Source: Harriotta raleighana
Taxonomy: Eukaryota
Reading direction: 5' to 3'
Length of the DNA: 64,000 nucleotides
NCBI GenBank assembly: GCA_050575255.1
Contig: JBNZDD010013721.1
Coordinates: forward strand, 3,681,907-3,745,906
Below the pieces are notes generated by a model. The model was not told the origin of the DNA, ran no database searches, and saw only the letters and a program-made list of their open reading frames with translations. Below are positions 10,603-23,752 of this stretch, one piece after another; positions within the stretch are counted from its first letter, which is position 1; every line of letters begins with the position of its first letter. Both the position numbers and the translations under genes were made by a program.

Positions 10603-13600
10603 TATTCCCACAAACAACCAAGCCAGCCTGGATGACCAGGGATATTCTGTCTAGGATAAAAAAGAAGATAGCATACGACAAGTGGAAGATGCAAAATACT
10701 GAGGATAGCGAAGCGCATTATAGAGAATGCAGGAATGATCTTAAAAGAGGGATAAGACAGGCTAAAAGATCGCATGAGAAGAGGTTAGCGGGGAACATAA
10801 AGGGGAATCCTAAAATATTTTATAAGCACATAAAGGAAAAAAGGTTAGTTAAAGGTATGGTGGGGCCAATCAAAGACAATGATGGCAATCTTGTTGTGGA
10901 GGCAGAGGGCATGGCTGATGTACTGAACGAATACATCACAACGGAAATCTGTCTTCACAACGGAAATGGATGCCCAAAATGCCGCAGTATTGAATGAGAG
11001 GGTAGAGGAAATAGATCAGATTACTAAAGACAGAGAGGAAGTTCTGAAAATATTGACTGGGCTCAAAATTGACAAGTCACCGGGACCAGATGGGTTTCAC
11101 CCAAGGTTGCTGTGGGAGATACGGGTTCAAATAGCAGAGGCTTTGGCCATCATATTTCAATCTTCATTGGACACAGGAGTGGTGCCAAGAGGCTGGAGAG
11201 TGGCTAATGTTACCCCCCTCTACAAAAAAGGGCAGAAAGACAAACCCGGAAATTACAGGCCAGTCAGCCTTACTTCGGGCAGAAAGACAAACCCGGAAAT
11301 TACAGGCCAGTCAGCCTTACTTCGGTAATAGGAAAACTACTGGAGACCATAATCCGGGACAGAATAAATCTCTACTTAGAGGAACACAAGATAATTAGAG
11401 ACAGCCAATATGGATTTGTTAAAGGCAAATCTTGCCTAACAAATCTAATAGAATTTTTCGAAGAGGTGACTGCGAGGGTTGATGAGGGAAATGCGGTGGA
11501 CGCTATTTACATGAATTTCAAAAAGGCTTTTGACACAGTACCGCATAAGAGATTAATTAAAAAAATTAGAGGCCCACGGTATCAAGGGGACAGTGGCAGT
11601 TTGGATTAAGAACTCGCTGAGTGACAGAAAGCAGAGGGTGGTGGTTAATGGGTGTTTCTCGAAATGGAAGGAGGTGTGCAGCGGTGTCCCCCAGGGATCG
11701 GTATTGGGACCACGGCTCTTTTTAATATATATTAATGATCTGGATTTGGGGATAGAGAGCACTATTTCCAAGTTTGCAGATGATACGAAGTTAGGTAGGG
11801 TAGTAAACAGTGAGTAAGACCAGAATGGTGGAATGGGCTGACATGTGGCAGATGGATTTCAATGTGGATAAAGTATGAGGTGATACACTTAGGTAGGAAA
11901 AAGGAAAGGAGGCAATATAGACTTGGTAGCTCAATCTTAAGGTGGGGGGGGTGAACGTACAGAGAGATCTGGGTGTTCAAGTAAGCAAATCATTAAAGGT
12001 AGCAGGGCAGGTAGATAAGGCAGTAAAAAAGGCATTTGGTGTACTGAGCTTTATTAGCAAGAGCATAGAGTTTAAGAGTAGGGAAAATATGTTTAATTTA
12101 TACGAAACACTGGTTAGGCCTCAGCTGGAGTACTGCATCCAGTTCTGGGCACCTCACTTCAGGAAGGACATTAAGGCACTGGAAAGGGTTCAGAGGAGAT
12201 TCATGAGAATCATTCCAAGAATGGGGAACCTTAGCTATGAGGACAGGCTGGAGAAGTTAGGACTTTTCCTATTTGAGCAGAGAAGGTTACGCGGGAACTT
12301 GATAAAGATCTTCAAGATGATGAAAGATTTCGACAGGCTAGATAGGGAAATGCTGATCCCGTGGTCACAGTCTTAAGATATCTACCAAAAGAAGCAGAGG
12401 GGAGGTTAGAATAAATTTTTTTACTCAGTGAGTTGTTCGAATTTGGAATGATCTGCCTGAAAGGGTAATGAGGTCCGATTCGATAGCAGCTTTTAAGAGA
12501 GAACTGGATAGGTATCTGGATAGAGGATAAGACAGGTTTGCAGGGTTATGGGGAGAAAGCTGGTGATTGGGGTTAATAAAAGTGACATTGCTCTGTCAAA
12601 GAGCCAGCACAGACTCGATGGGCCGAATGGCCTCCTTCTGTGCTGTAACATTCTATGATTCTATGATTCTACTAATACAATATTCTGTTAGTATAGTATC
12701 TGTTATTAGTGTATTTAGTCTATTATTTATATAGTATTGTTCAACATTTACGTGTGTGTGTGTGTGGTACTCTCACTCTCTCTCTGCAAGTCCAGCCTAT
12801 TCAATCAATTCAAAATACCTTGCAAGAAGGCTTCACAGTAATCGGCCATGCCTTCCCCTTGCTGAGGATTAGCGGCATGCGGAAGGCAGGTTCCTGTGTT
12901 TGCACAGGGTGGGAGCTGGTAATCTGTTATTACTGTGTTAAAATAATTTGTAATTTGAAAAAAAAAAAATTTGGTTACAATTTTTTTTTAAGCATTTAAC
13001 CAGAAAACCATTTAACCGCTATTAGCCAGGTCACGTGGGTGCCGGATAAACGGGGTTTTACTGCATACAGATTACTTCTATAGTGTCCCCTGAAGCACAT
13101 CTGAGAAATGGGGCCAAGTCAACACAAAAATGCAACAAGTATTGCCTGCAATCAATATCTTGACACTCTAAAACAGAGAAACACTTAATAGAAATCATAT
13201 TTTACAGAAAAGCAATTAGGCTTTGGAAAGAGCAACATTCCTCTGCCTCTCTCATTACTTCACAGTGTAAACCCTTATACCGCAGTCATTTAATCTTTCA
13301 ATCAGCAATTTAACACAGTTCCGATGGGAGGTGGGGACAGGAAGAGTAACTTTAAAATGCCTGCTCTTACCTCAAGGTGAATCTAGCCAAAGTCTCAATT
13401 GCTTGGCTTTATTCATTAACCCAATTGGAAAATTATGACGTGTGGGGCCTTGTCCAGCATATTGGGATATTGGGATTATTACCAATTATTACATTTGATG
13501 TAGGACCTTATCATGAATTCTGATCCCACTGGATGCACTGAAAAGTGGCTCCAGGCATTGACACTCTGTGCTCGAATACAAATAATCCTGAGTTTGCTGC

Positions 13601-14619
13601 TGCAGGAATGATATCTTGTGGATTTGAGCATCAGAAAAATAAAGCGAGTTTGCACGAAACCAGGGATCAGAGTTTATTCACGGTATTTTTCATGTCCATT
13701 GAATAAACGCAGTCACATTCTATTTTGTCATCAGTGGAAAACAAGTTCCTTATCAGGGCCATAAGCAACTGTGATTGAGTTGACTGACACAAATAGAGTT
13801 ACATACTTTGTACCAAGGACAAGAGGGGAAGATTATTGAAATTTGGCAGTGTACATCTTCTTCCCTAAAGCGATGTGTTAGTTGGTTGGCTGATCTGTGA
13901 CTGCTCTGGTGTTATCTCATGATCCCTAGTGACTGCAATGCAGCCTTCACACTGGCTCTGCTTTCGTCACAAACATCTCAGAAAATGATCCTCTGGCTCC
14001 TACTGTTTGCATATACGTTTCTCCTGAATTTTAGGATTCCACCAAATGCAACCGCTCATCGTGATCCAAGCAGTTATCAGATGGCCAGACTAGTATGGAA
14101 TAGAATTGGCTGTCTATATCACTGGGTCAGAAGGGAGCAAATAAATAGAATTTGCTTTTATAAGACATTAACAGAAATTTCTTCCCTATAGTTGAAAGCG
14201 CCACAGAGAAGACTGTCACCAGCTAGTTTATTTTTCCCTTTCATGTTACCATTTGTTGATCTTCCTTTTCATCAACTTCTTTTTCTATTTCATAAAATAG
14301 GCAAAGAATATAGCTTCATCTTACCTCACCAACTCAAAGGATGATCAGAACACCAAACTACTTCATCCATATGGAATTAATACCACAAAAGAACAATTTA
14401 TTTCAATGGCTCACTGTGACCATTAACTTCTGGGTAAAGCATAATCGACAACTTGCAACTTGCCAATCACGAAGGGTAGCGTCCCAGGTAATATCTAATA
14501 TTACTCTTGATAGTGTTTGGAAACCTTTGTCTAATTAGCAAATTTTAGTTTCAAGTGTCTGTAGGAGGTCAAAGCGTTCTCAACCGCATTAGATTTATAG
14601 CTCAGATCACCCTAATCAC

Positions 14620-14733
14620 ATGATTTGTCTGCAAAATACACAGTTACTTCACAGTAAACATCTTGTGAAGTGCTTTGAGACATTTTAACGACATGATAAG
14701 GCTCCATATCAAATGCAAGGATTATTATTATAT
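14620..14733 (+). mobile_element. SINE 3' fragment
   Basis: gtgaagtgctttgagacatttt...tatcaaatgcaaggattattattat. Confidence 0.85.
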
Positions 14734-16175
14734 AAAGGTCGCCTTGACCACTGCGTTCAGCACAGCTTTTTCCATTGAAGTACTTATATCCACATTCAGT
14801 TTATTAACTACAATATCCACAAGGCAAGGATTAAATGAGCTACATAAAATAGGTTAAATAATTAATTATCACCTAAAAGTGCCAGAAGTTTTATTTTAAA
14901 CATCTATTTTTAATTGTGGAATCCTGTAAAGTGAACAGCCCCCGATAAGAGATCATTTGTCTTATCGTTTTTCTGAATACTTAACTTTGACTAAACCTTT
15001 ATCCTAAGATTTAGTTGGAAACTCAACTGGGGAATCAACAAGCTTACACAATAAACCTCACCGTCCTTCAGATGCAATTAGATGCAAAAAGACATCTGAA
15101 TATGCTGAGGAATCACTTAGAGCAGTCTTTTAGAACCTGCCTGATAAAGGTTCCAGCAATAAGTTACATGGCTGGGATTTTTGGAGAATTGGCTTTCTTC
15201 CACTCTGATGCTGTCACCATTATTGATAATGTTTTGTGCCGCACTCCTAGCAAAGCAATAACAATGGCTTGGGAAAGAGAGGCTGAAATAATGCCAAACT
15301 CTTGGTGGGGGCGAGGGGAAAGCTATATTGTGACTGAATCTCTAATAAAATCCATTCTACTGCAGCTTATAACTAGCACCAGCCCAGCTCAACATCATTT
15401 TTATATTGTTCTGTAGAAATGTTATTAGTTTTTTTTAACTCCAAATCCATTATGTTGATGGCATCAGTAAGGATCTTCCATGAAATATTTTATCAGATTG
15501 ATCCAAATTATTTCCAATCAGGAGCCACTGAAATTGCAGGCGTAATTTCTTTGACTTTTATCTGTAACCTGAAAGACTAATGATGATCCTTTACAGCAAA
15601 TGCTTGACTTTCAAATTGGATTGGTTCAGGTTCCTGGATTAACTGCTATGGAAGAGAAAACAATACGCAATTTCTCTTCAAGGAAACTTTGGTTTAACTG
15701 TGAAGAAGCTTTGCAATATTGCAAGGGAACATTGCAAGACTGAAACTCCATTGGGAGTACACGAGAGATGTTGCAACAATATTAATTCCTATCTGATGGA
15801 ACAATTAAAAAGTAATGTAGCATCAGAAAAATAGCATCTTAAATGCCTTGCCCCCAAATGCAAGATAGAACACAATGAGTTTTGAATTCTTAACGTGGTT
15901 CTTCTGTGTGACAATTCTTCTAAGCCTCCCTCAACAACCAGCTAAAACCAGGCCCTTCCCCCCACCCCCTCACCACCCATTTTGCACTGACTTTACCATT
16001 ATCCTCAAGCCCTCATGAAAATGTTAATGTATACCTGTTCACATTACAGATACGTAATCTGTAGATTGTCATTTTCCAAAAATGACTAAGATCATTTTTA
16101 TGATCCTTGCCTTTGATAATGGCAGTTTTCATATCTTGTAGGCATCTTAAAGCGCTTAAATTGCCAAGATGAAGG

Positions 16176-16330
16176 TTCATAGGAACATAGGACCAGAAGT
16201 AGGCCATTCCGCCCTTCAAGCTTGATCCATCATTTAATTAGATCATGGCTGATCTGTACCTCAAACAATCCTTTCAATTCCTTTCCTGCTTTTCTCCGCA
16301 TATCCCTTAATACTCTGACCTACCAAAAAT
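16176..16330 (-). mobile_element. CR1 3'UTR/tail fragment, second subfamily
   Basis: cataggaacatagga tail repeat followed by gtaggccattccgcccttcaagc...gatcatggctgatctg. Confidence 0.75.
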
Positions 16331-16548
16331 TCCCAGGACCAACTCCTGGGGACAGGATCCAATCAGAGCTTTAGAGGTGACCCACAATTGTTCTTACATA
16401 CGTTACCATTCACAAACTAAAGGATTTTGTTCATATTAGATATCTGTGGATGCTCAGCCTTACTGATATTGATACAACTATCAGATGTCATTCAATGGAG
16501 GGGTGAAATTAGTTTGCAATCACTTCTTTCGACAAAATTGGCCAAATT

Positions 16549-16745
16549 TATAATAATAATAATAATAATCCTTGCATTTGATATAGCGCTTTTCACATCT
16601 TATCAACGTCCCAAAGCGCTTCACAGAATATACTGTAAAATGAATTGACTATATATTTGTGGGCGGAATGTGGCAGCCAATTGCGCACAGCAGTGTCCCA
16701 CAAACAGTCATGGATTGAAATGACCGATTTTATTATTGTAGTTTT
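16549..16745 (-). mobile_element. Short-type tRNA-derived SINE, 5'-truncated, young copy
   Basis: Near-exact reverse complement of 41920-42108, with an (AAT)n tail. Confidence 0.92.
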
Positions 16746-17909
16746 GTAGTTTTATCAAGTCTGAGCTTTAATACTCAGATACCAATCAGTTAACTTCGAC
16801 TTTTTGTAGGGTTATTTTAACCTTTGGCCTTCAGATAACACCAGTAAGGAAATTAGTAAGGAAAGAACGAGGTTGGGTACATCAGGTACCCAACCTCGTT
16901 CTTTCCACTTGATCTTTGCCATCCATGGGGGATGGCAAAGATCAAGTGTTTATTGGAATGCTGCAATGCATGTCTCCAACTCGTGTTGCCAAATGCTGGC
17001 TCCCCCATGCAATCAATCACTCGTAACTAACTTTGAGGTAACCTTGGATGAGACACAGTGGGTGAAATGCCAATACTCTGAGTTAGCATATATTTCAATT
17101 TTATCTCATGTTGAACCATGCATTATTTTGCTTTCTAAATCAATTGCTATAACGTTTGACAAAGAATTAAGTTTCAATGTATATGCAAAGGGAAAAAACG
17201 GGTCTTCTAAAGTGCTGTAATGAAGTCTCTAAACCAACAAGAGGAAATTCAATAGGATGTTACTGGATGCAGCTGCAAATGAGAATTGATGTCTCATGAA
17301 ATAACCAGGTGGTTACAGGCGCACGGAGATTTGGTGACTTCCTGCTGACGTACCAACAGACATATAGGAGGATTCCCATCATCTAATGTATCCTCCAATT
17401 GCCCTGCATTAGCAAGTCATAGTCTACCCAGCATCTGATTTCTGCACCCAAAGGACAGAGCAGCAGATGCTCCATAAATTTGGAGAACGTTTTGCAGATA
17501 ACAGGAACAGTCTGGCAGTATTACTTAATACAGTACTATTCCGCGCTGTCATTTTGGATTGATCGAGTGTTAAGTTGCAGCTGTGACCCTGTTTGTGTGG
17601 TTCAGACGGGACTAGTTCAAAGCTAGCAAAACCATGCAGAGTTTTCCAGTGACAATCTTGCAGATGACAGGCAAAGCACATCGCTCTGTGTAAGGATGCA
17701 CTGCACAGTAAAGTGGGGTAAATTTTCACACAGTTCATTCTGCTATAGAACCATAGGTTAAGGAACAAAATGTGAACTTATTAGGAATCATGAGGTAACA
17801 TTTGGAAAAATCCTTGAGATCATCTATCCATCTATCGTGGGAGCCTTTCAACAATTGAGTTATACATTTGCTGCTCTGACTATTTGGGAATACTGTTTTT
17901 TTTAAACTC

Positions 17910-18480
17910 ATAGTTGGGATGTGTTTATTTCCCCAGCTCTAGTCGTGCGAGATGCTGGGCTCTTCTCTTTAAACAGTTGGGAGACCCTGTGTTGTGGCAG
18001 TAGTGATACAGAGCTCCAGGATTTTGATCTGGAGATAATAAAAGAAATAGCAATATACATCCAAGTCAGGATGGTGAGTGACTGAAATGAAAATGCTCAG
18101 TGGTGCTAGCTGGTTAGAAGAGAGCAGTTACCCCAACACACACATGTCTTGGCTCTTGCCAACCTGTGCCTAATACTTTCCAGAGTATGCATTCCATTCC
18201 AACAACCTATCTCGGGAATTTCCATGTCTGCAATTCTCAATTTGGTTTTGAATACTCTTAAGAATGGTGGTGAGATACCCACCTGACTGGACGAAAGAAC
18301 AAATGAAGATAATGGATCTCCCATAACAACTGTGCTCTTGGTCTTCTAGATTTTTGGACGTCACAGCACTGGGAGTTGTTGCCAAAGCATGGCGTGGTTG
18401 GCAAATTGCTGCAGTCCATTCCGTAGACAGCAAATACTGCAGCTTCAGTGCATCAGTGTGAGAGAGAGACTGGAGTGGAA
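17910..18480 (-). mobile_element. Old CR1/L2-superfamily LINE 3' fragment, degraded and probably interrupted at ~18150-18310
   Basis: gagctccaggattttgatc...tccaagtcaggatggtgagtgac and ttggcaaattgctgcagtccatt...gtaga. A second copy is at 19655-19795 (atttattgcccat...gagctcctggattttggctcagcgatgatgaggga). Confidence 0.5.
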
Positions 18481-19509
18481 TCATAAAACACTCATCTTAT
18501 AGTGAGGAACCCGGTATAGCCAGAGCATCACAAAGGGGAATCTGAATTGAATGCGATTCTGCATTCTTTCATCGAGTGAGATTTCCATACCTCCCGGTTC
18601 ATGCCGTCTGTTTTATTTTGGGGCTGACGTTAGGACTGTTTATATTTGGGAGTTTACAATTGCTAATGAGATGAACTAATGCAGAATTTTCCCAGGGTTG
18701 CCCTCTACTGCTGAGTAACAGGACTACAGATGAAATACTGGCCACTGGTTTTTTTTGCGGTACAATAAAACATAATTGTGAACACAGCTGTGATTAAGTA
18801 TACTTTTACACAGGCTTTCACTTACCCATGTAAGACATGGAAACCACGAGCAAAATAAAACAAAGGCCAATCGTCTTTGGTATCCGGGCGAGGCTTGAAT
18901 TCAGTTTAATACATTTCTACCCTTGAAATGTCCTAATTATACAGCACATTGATTTTGGGAATCATTCATGGATTGATAATACAGCTATGTTCCTCCCACA
19001 GGAACCAGCTTGCATATAAGCAAGTCTTTCTAGTCTTACTAAATTATTCCCTTGAGTGACTATACTTTTCTCATTTTTGTGCACAATAATGCTTACTTTC
19101 AAGCCTTGGAGGACAAACCTATATATAAAAATACTACAAAATTGCTTACAGATTTCTTTGATGCAAAGCAGCTAGCTGGGTGGGTTTGTGTGACATGCCA
19201 CTTGGGGTTCATATCCCATAAAGTTTGCAGTAAACCAATGCTGCCAAACACAGGGGATGTCCATTTTCAGAGTGTTTTGTGGGTATCAGTCACTTGGGTG
19301 CAGTGTCACATCTATGGCCTTGGTTTTAAGTTGAGGCAGAGTGTCGCCCTTCAAACAATGCCCCCGATTATTTCAGTGTCTACTCCATCAGTCTATCAAG
19401 ATGTCAGAATGGGCTTCCCCGCAACTTGGGACATCCTCCCAACCTGAAAGGCATCCTACAAATGTAATTTTGGTGTTGTTGTGCAATGAGGGAGAAGGAA
19501 ATACAGTTA

Positions 19510-19655
19510 ACATTACGATAGTAATCCTTGAATCTGATATAACACCTTATCACAAGCACTTCACAAGATATACCGTGAAGTGGATTGACCGAGTATATTG
19601 TGGGCGGAAAGCGGCAACCAGGTTGCATACAGCAGTGTCCCTCAAACCACCATGG
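19510..19655 (-). mobile_element. SINE 3' fragment
   Basis: taatccttgaatctgatataacacctt...tgtgggcggaaagcggcaacc...cagcagtgtccc. Confidence 0.8.
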
Positions 19656-20384
19656 ATTTATTGCCCATATCCTAGTAGCACCAAAATAATGGAGCCTCTG
19701 GTCCCACAGCAGGGTAGAGTACAGAGCTCCTGGATTTTGGCTCAGCGATGATGAGGGAATGGAGCAGGGATGAAGCTCTCCATATTTGTCCAAAGTCTGC
19801 TTTTATCTTCACTAAAATCTTGAGAAACTGCCTTGGTGAAATAACATGTCCCATAAAAGGTCCATGCAGCCCAGGCAAGAAAATATTACAAGGGAATGCA
19901 TAATTCGTAATTTTTTTATATCAGGATATAATTTTCCATCATCCTTTTCGTCTTCAAAATTCACATTTTTGTTTTGCTCACCAGACCAGGAAAAAAACAG
20001 CAGAGCCAAAATGATCGCAAAGAAAAACGCACTGCTTGAAGAAGAGCACCGTGCAGCATTTTAAAGCACAGCAGCACTCAGAAAATTAGATGGTGGAGTC
20101 TTTACCCTTTGATTCTAACTTTGGCACAGATGCACAAAATCTATCAGCTCTGCATCGGAGCTGTAGAAGAACTGTACAATGTGTCCCGCTGGATAAATAA
20201 CAGAAATAAATCTCAAAGCTTGTCTGACACCAGAACAGAGCATCTTAAAGAAAATCAAATGAACCCAAGAACAAAAGATTCCAAGGTCAACAGGCTGACA
20301 GGGAAGATTTTGTTTAACATCTTTACAGAATACTGGTATGATCTGCACATTTTCTCTCTTTCTCTCTCTTCAACAAATAACCTC

Positions 20385-20732
20385 TGACTCAAAATGTCGA
20401 GGGTTCAAGCCCCACATTGAGCCTTTGAGCTCATAGTCTAGGCTGACAATCCAGTGAGTGAGGTGCTGCATCACCTTTTAATTAGACGTTGAAAACAAGG
20501 TCCCAATTGCCCTTTCGGTTAGGTGTTGAAGGTCTTGAAGGAGTTGATCCCAGATAACAATTTGCTAGATAAAAGGGGTTATTTACCTCCTGGTTATGTA
20601 TGCAATCGGACTGCTGCATTTGCAAACAAATACACACGTCATTGCCCTTTACACAAACCCCTTTAAAGGCACTTTGAGATATTTCAATGACATGGTGAGG
20701 TGCTATATCAAATGCAAGATCATTATTATTGT
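20385..20732 (+). mobile_element. Long-type (DeuSINE/SacSINE1-like) SINE
   Basis: B-box-like gggttcaagcccc, then tctaggctgaca, agacgttgaaaacaaggtccc, ggactgctgcattt, and the tail tatatcaaatgcaagatcattattatt. Confidence 0.65.
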
Positions 20733-22289
20733 TCAATAAAAAAAGAGAATTAATTCTCCTAAACTAGACTTTGTTTGATAGATTTTGTTACATTTAAGAA
20801 AAATTAGTTGTTTTCTCTATGTGGAATACTGCATTTCAGAATGTTAACAAGATCTCTGCAATAATCATCTGCTTCCAGGGCAAGCGTCTGAGCAAACTAG
20901 AAAGACGAAGAAAGCAAAAGAAAATGGCAGAAGGGAAAAAGGAATCAAAAGATTTTTTTCCGCAGTCAAGCAGAGTAATGAATTATGGCAATGAGGGAAA
21001 ATAGCATCTTGAATGCACTGCCCAAGACATTAATCAATTCCTTGTGGTTAAACTGCACTGCGCAGACAACAGGTTCATTTTGGAAGTACAGAATGAGTAA
21101 CATGTGGATATGGAACCTTCATTGAATACCAATGGAGAACCTGCTGCTCCCCAGTGAAACAGACAGGATGGCGGAAAGAGGGCTCATGTGAAGTAAGAGT
21201 TATTCATCAAACCCAGACAAAGGCCTGATGCTAAAACAGCAACATCTACAGCAAGGAAATGTATTGCGAAACGAGAATACGTATTGTTAATGGATCTGGA
21301 GTAAAACTCATTGAAAATGCAAACATCTATGGAAATAATTAGCATTGGTTTTTGATCTCAGGGCACAAACAATTTCATAATTTCATTATTTCAAAATAGT
21401 TTTTAAAAATGCTAAGCAGAATTCACATATTTATGCAGTTTTGTTTTTACATTCTTCCAACCTGAAGATGTGACCAATACATCCCAGAGTTTACTTTTTC
21501 TGCTTAACCACCTTGTGTAGTTGTTACAAATGTAAAGTTTATACCAAAGTGACCTATGCAGCATTTTTTTATATGGTAATAATCCATCACAAGCATCCTG
21601 GTTGGCAGTGCATTGGTCTATCGATGCACTCAAATCAGTTGGTAAGAGAGTGTAGATTTCAATGAAAAAGTTTTTCTCCCCCATAAGAGATGTTCTGATG
21701 AAGATCATCTTTCAGACTGTCTGATCGCATCCTTCCACAATAACCACCCTGTCGTCCTCCAATCAATGTTAAACACACATCCACAATCACTATGCATTTG
21801 ATCTTCACCCTCAAACCCTCTGCCAAGTGTTAATAATAATAACAACCCATGCATTTTAGATCGTGCTTCAACAGAAGACCATTCAAAGGATTTTTATGAA
21901 ATGTAATGATTGAGCATTTGTAGGCGAACACAGCAGCCATTTACCATCTTTGAGAAGCACTTCAGAATGTTCATCCTACATGAAAGGAGCTCTAAAAATT
22001 GGAGTTGATATTGATTTGACTTTGGGCACTAATTGTTCTGTAGAAACCTTTGGTCAAGATTGCCTCCTCCCCAAGGCCAATAATCACACCAACAGCACCT
22101 GTCCTGGGGCATCCTGGTTCCTGGGTTAACCATTTATTGATTGAACCTAGACCAAGACCCTTTCAGGTCTGAATGAAACAATGTTTTTTCTTCTCTCTCA
22201 TTCAGATATGGATTGTGAATAGTCCAAAAGGATAAACAAGAAAAATGGACTATCGAATGACTCCACCAGCCCAAGTCTTCTAGTGTAAT

Positions 22290-22415
22290 TTGTAGAGTTT
22301 GCAGGACTATGGAGATAGAGCAAAGAAGTGGGATTGATTCGAATAGCACTTTTCAAAGAGCCAGCAATGACACAATGGGCCGAATAGCTTCCTTCGGAGC
22401 TGTCTGATTCGATGA
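22290..22415 (+). mobile_element. CR1 3'UTR fragment
   Basis: caaagagccagca...atgggccgaatagcttccttc parallels 12597-12640. Confidence 0.75.
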
Positions 22416-23364
22416 TAATGTGCTTTAATGGCTTTCACCATGGCCTGCAGATTGGTTTGTTTGCCAAAGAGTAAATTTATCACGCATGGATATCTGTTCA
22501 CTGCTTTGAATTTTGAGCTTTCTGCATTGTTTTTATGCGGTCACTGAACTGTTGGCCAACACGTTTCTGGGTGTAAATTCATGCACATTATCTAATCACC
22601 AAGCAGGTGTGAAAATAGCTGAAATTGTTTCTGACGGAGGAATCAGATGAATCCAGCAAGCACCTGGCAAGTATAGGGAATCCCAAGAGAGGGAATAGAT
22701 TTTATGCTACAGAGACAGCGCTTGCTGAGGTGTGTGTGTGTATAATCTCCTGTGAAATAGATGAGAGCTATTTCTGTTGCTCAGCCGCAGCTTTGTGAAA
22801 AGCTTTGTCTTGGAACGTACTGAGATACCCTGGTTAGCCAAACCAGAGATTTTTCTCTGGGATTTCCAAAATCTATCTCTCCCAAAAGATGAGTGTTCAG
22901 CCGATAAAATACACAGTCAACCAACTTTACACAGTTTATCCACGATATTGGTTGTGAAGCAATTTGAGATGTCTCAACGACATAATCAGGTGCTATATCA
23001 AATGCAAGGTACAGTATATGAATAATGCTTTATGTGAATAGCAATATCACACAAACAGCCATGGAGTGAGTGACCAATGTTTATTTGAGGAGTTGTTAGC
23101 CAGAGAGAGGGAAACTCCCTTGTCACTACCATTATAACTAAAATACTAGAATTAAGAGAAGCCAGAAACCTGTTCAGGAAATACTATCTGTTATTTCCGC
23201 ATGTGTGATTAAGCTCCCCTCCACCCCTTACTCGAGATATTGAGCTGTCTCCTCCCAATATATTCACAAGCTGCGCACACTCTACATTGATCAGAGACTG
23301 CATTACTGCATTCCCACTCCCATGCAGCAGTATATAATGCAGGTTTTACATTGGTAAAACCTCA

Positions 23365-23752
23365 TCTTCAATGCCCTGCATGAGTTTGCTTCTCCCCTAC
23401 CTCTGCGACCTCCTAAAGTCCTATCAACCTACCCGTTACTCTCCGTTCAGCGAGCTCTGGCTTGCTTCACATCCCCCACCTCATTGGCGGGTGGACATTA
23501 ATCACTCTGACCTCACCCTCTGGAACTCCATTCTATAGTCCCTCTGCCTCGCCCCTTCACTTGCCTCTTTCAAGTCCTGTCTCAAGACCCTCCTCTTCGA
23601 CCGTGCTTTTGATCACCCTCCTTCCCCTGCTGTGCTCCACCCTCCCCAATCCCGGTCTTCAGCTCGGGTCCGTAACATTGACTATCCAGCTCCTTGGGGC
23701 GTCTGCCCGACATGAAAGCCACTAAACAAATACAATTTTGCTGATGTTGATG
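23365..23752 (+). mobile_element. L2 LINE 3' fragment with tail
   Basis: ctacctctgcgacctcct...ctctggaactccatt...ttcaagtcctgtctcaagaccctcctcttcgaccgtgcttt...ccttggggcgtctgcccgacatgaaagcc...aattttgctgatgttg. Confidence 0.82.

Larger units (their letters stand above)
8919..12669 (+). mobile_element. CR1 LINE with near-complete but disabled ORF2 (APE endonuclease + RT), 3'UTR and tail
   Basis: Begins just before KCMYLIAHSLGNKVDEL. Endonuclease motifs VAVTQTWL, GGGVAILVK, GVYYRPP and VIMGDF are in ORF 9032-9514. RT motifs are in ORFs 10578-12376. The tail is attctatgattctatgattc (12650-12669). TACT flanks both ends (8915-8918 and 12670-12673). Contains stops, frameshifts and a MITE insertion. Confidence 0.96.
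8611..13063. mobile_element. Outer non-autonomous Tc1/mariner (Tigger/pogo-type) MITE, split into 8611-8918 and 12670-13063 by a CR1 insertion
   Basis: Left TIR is TA|CAGTAAAACTTTGTTTATCC at 8611. Right TIR is GGATAAACGGGGTTTTACTG|CA ending at 13063. The two halves rejoin as aagttaagtataaata...tactaatacaatattctgtt, matching the uninterrupted inner MITE at 10423-10462. No transposase ORF. Confidence 0.85.
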
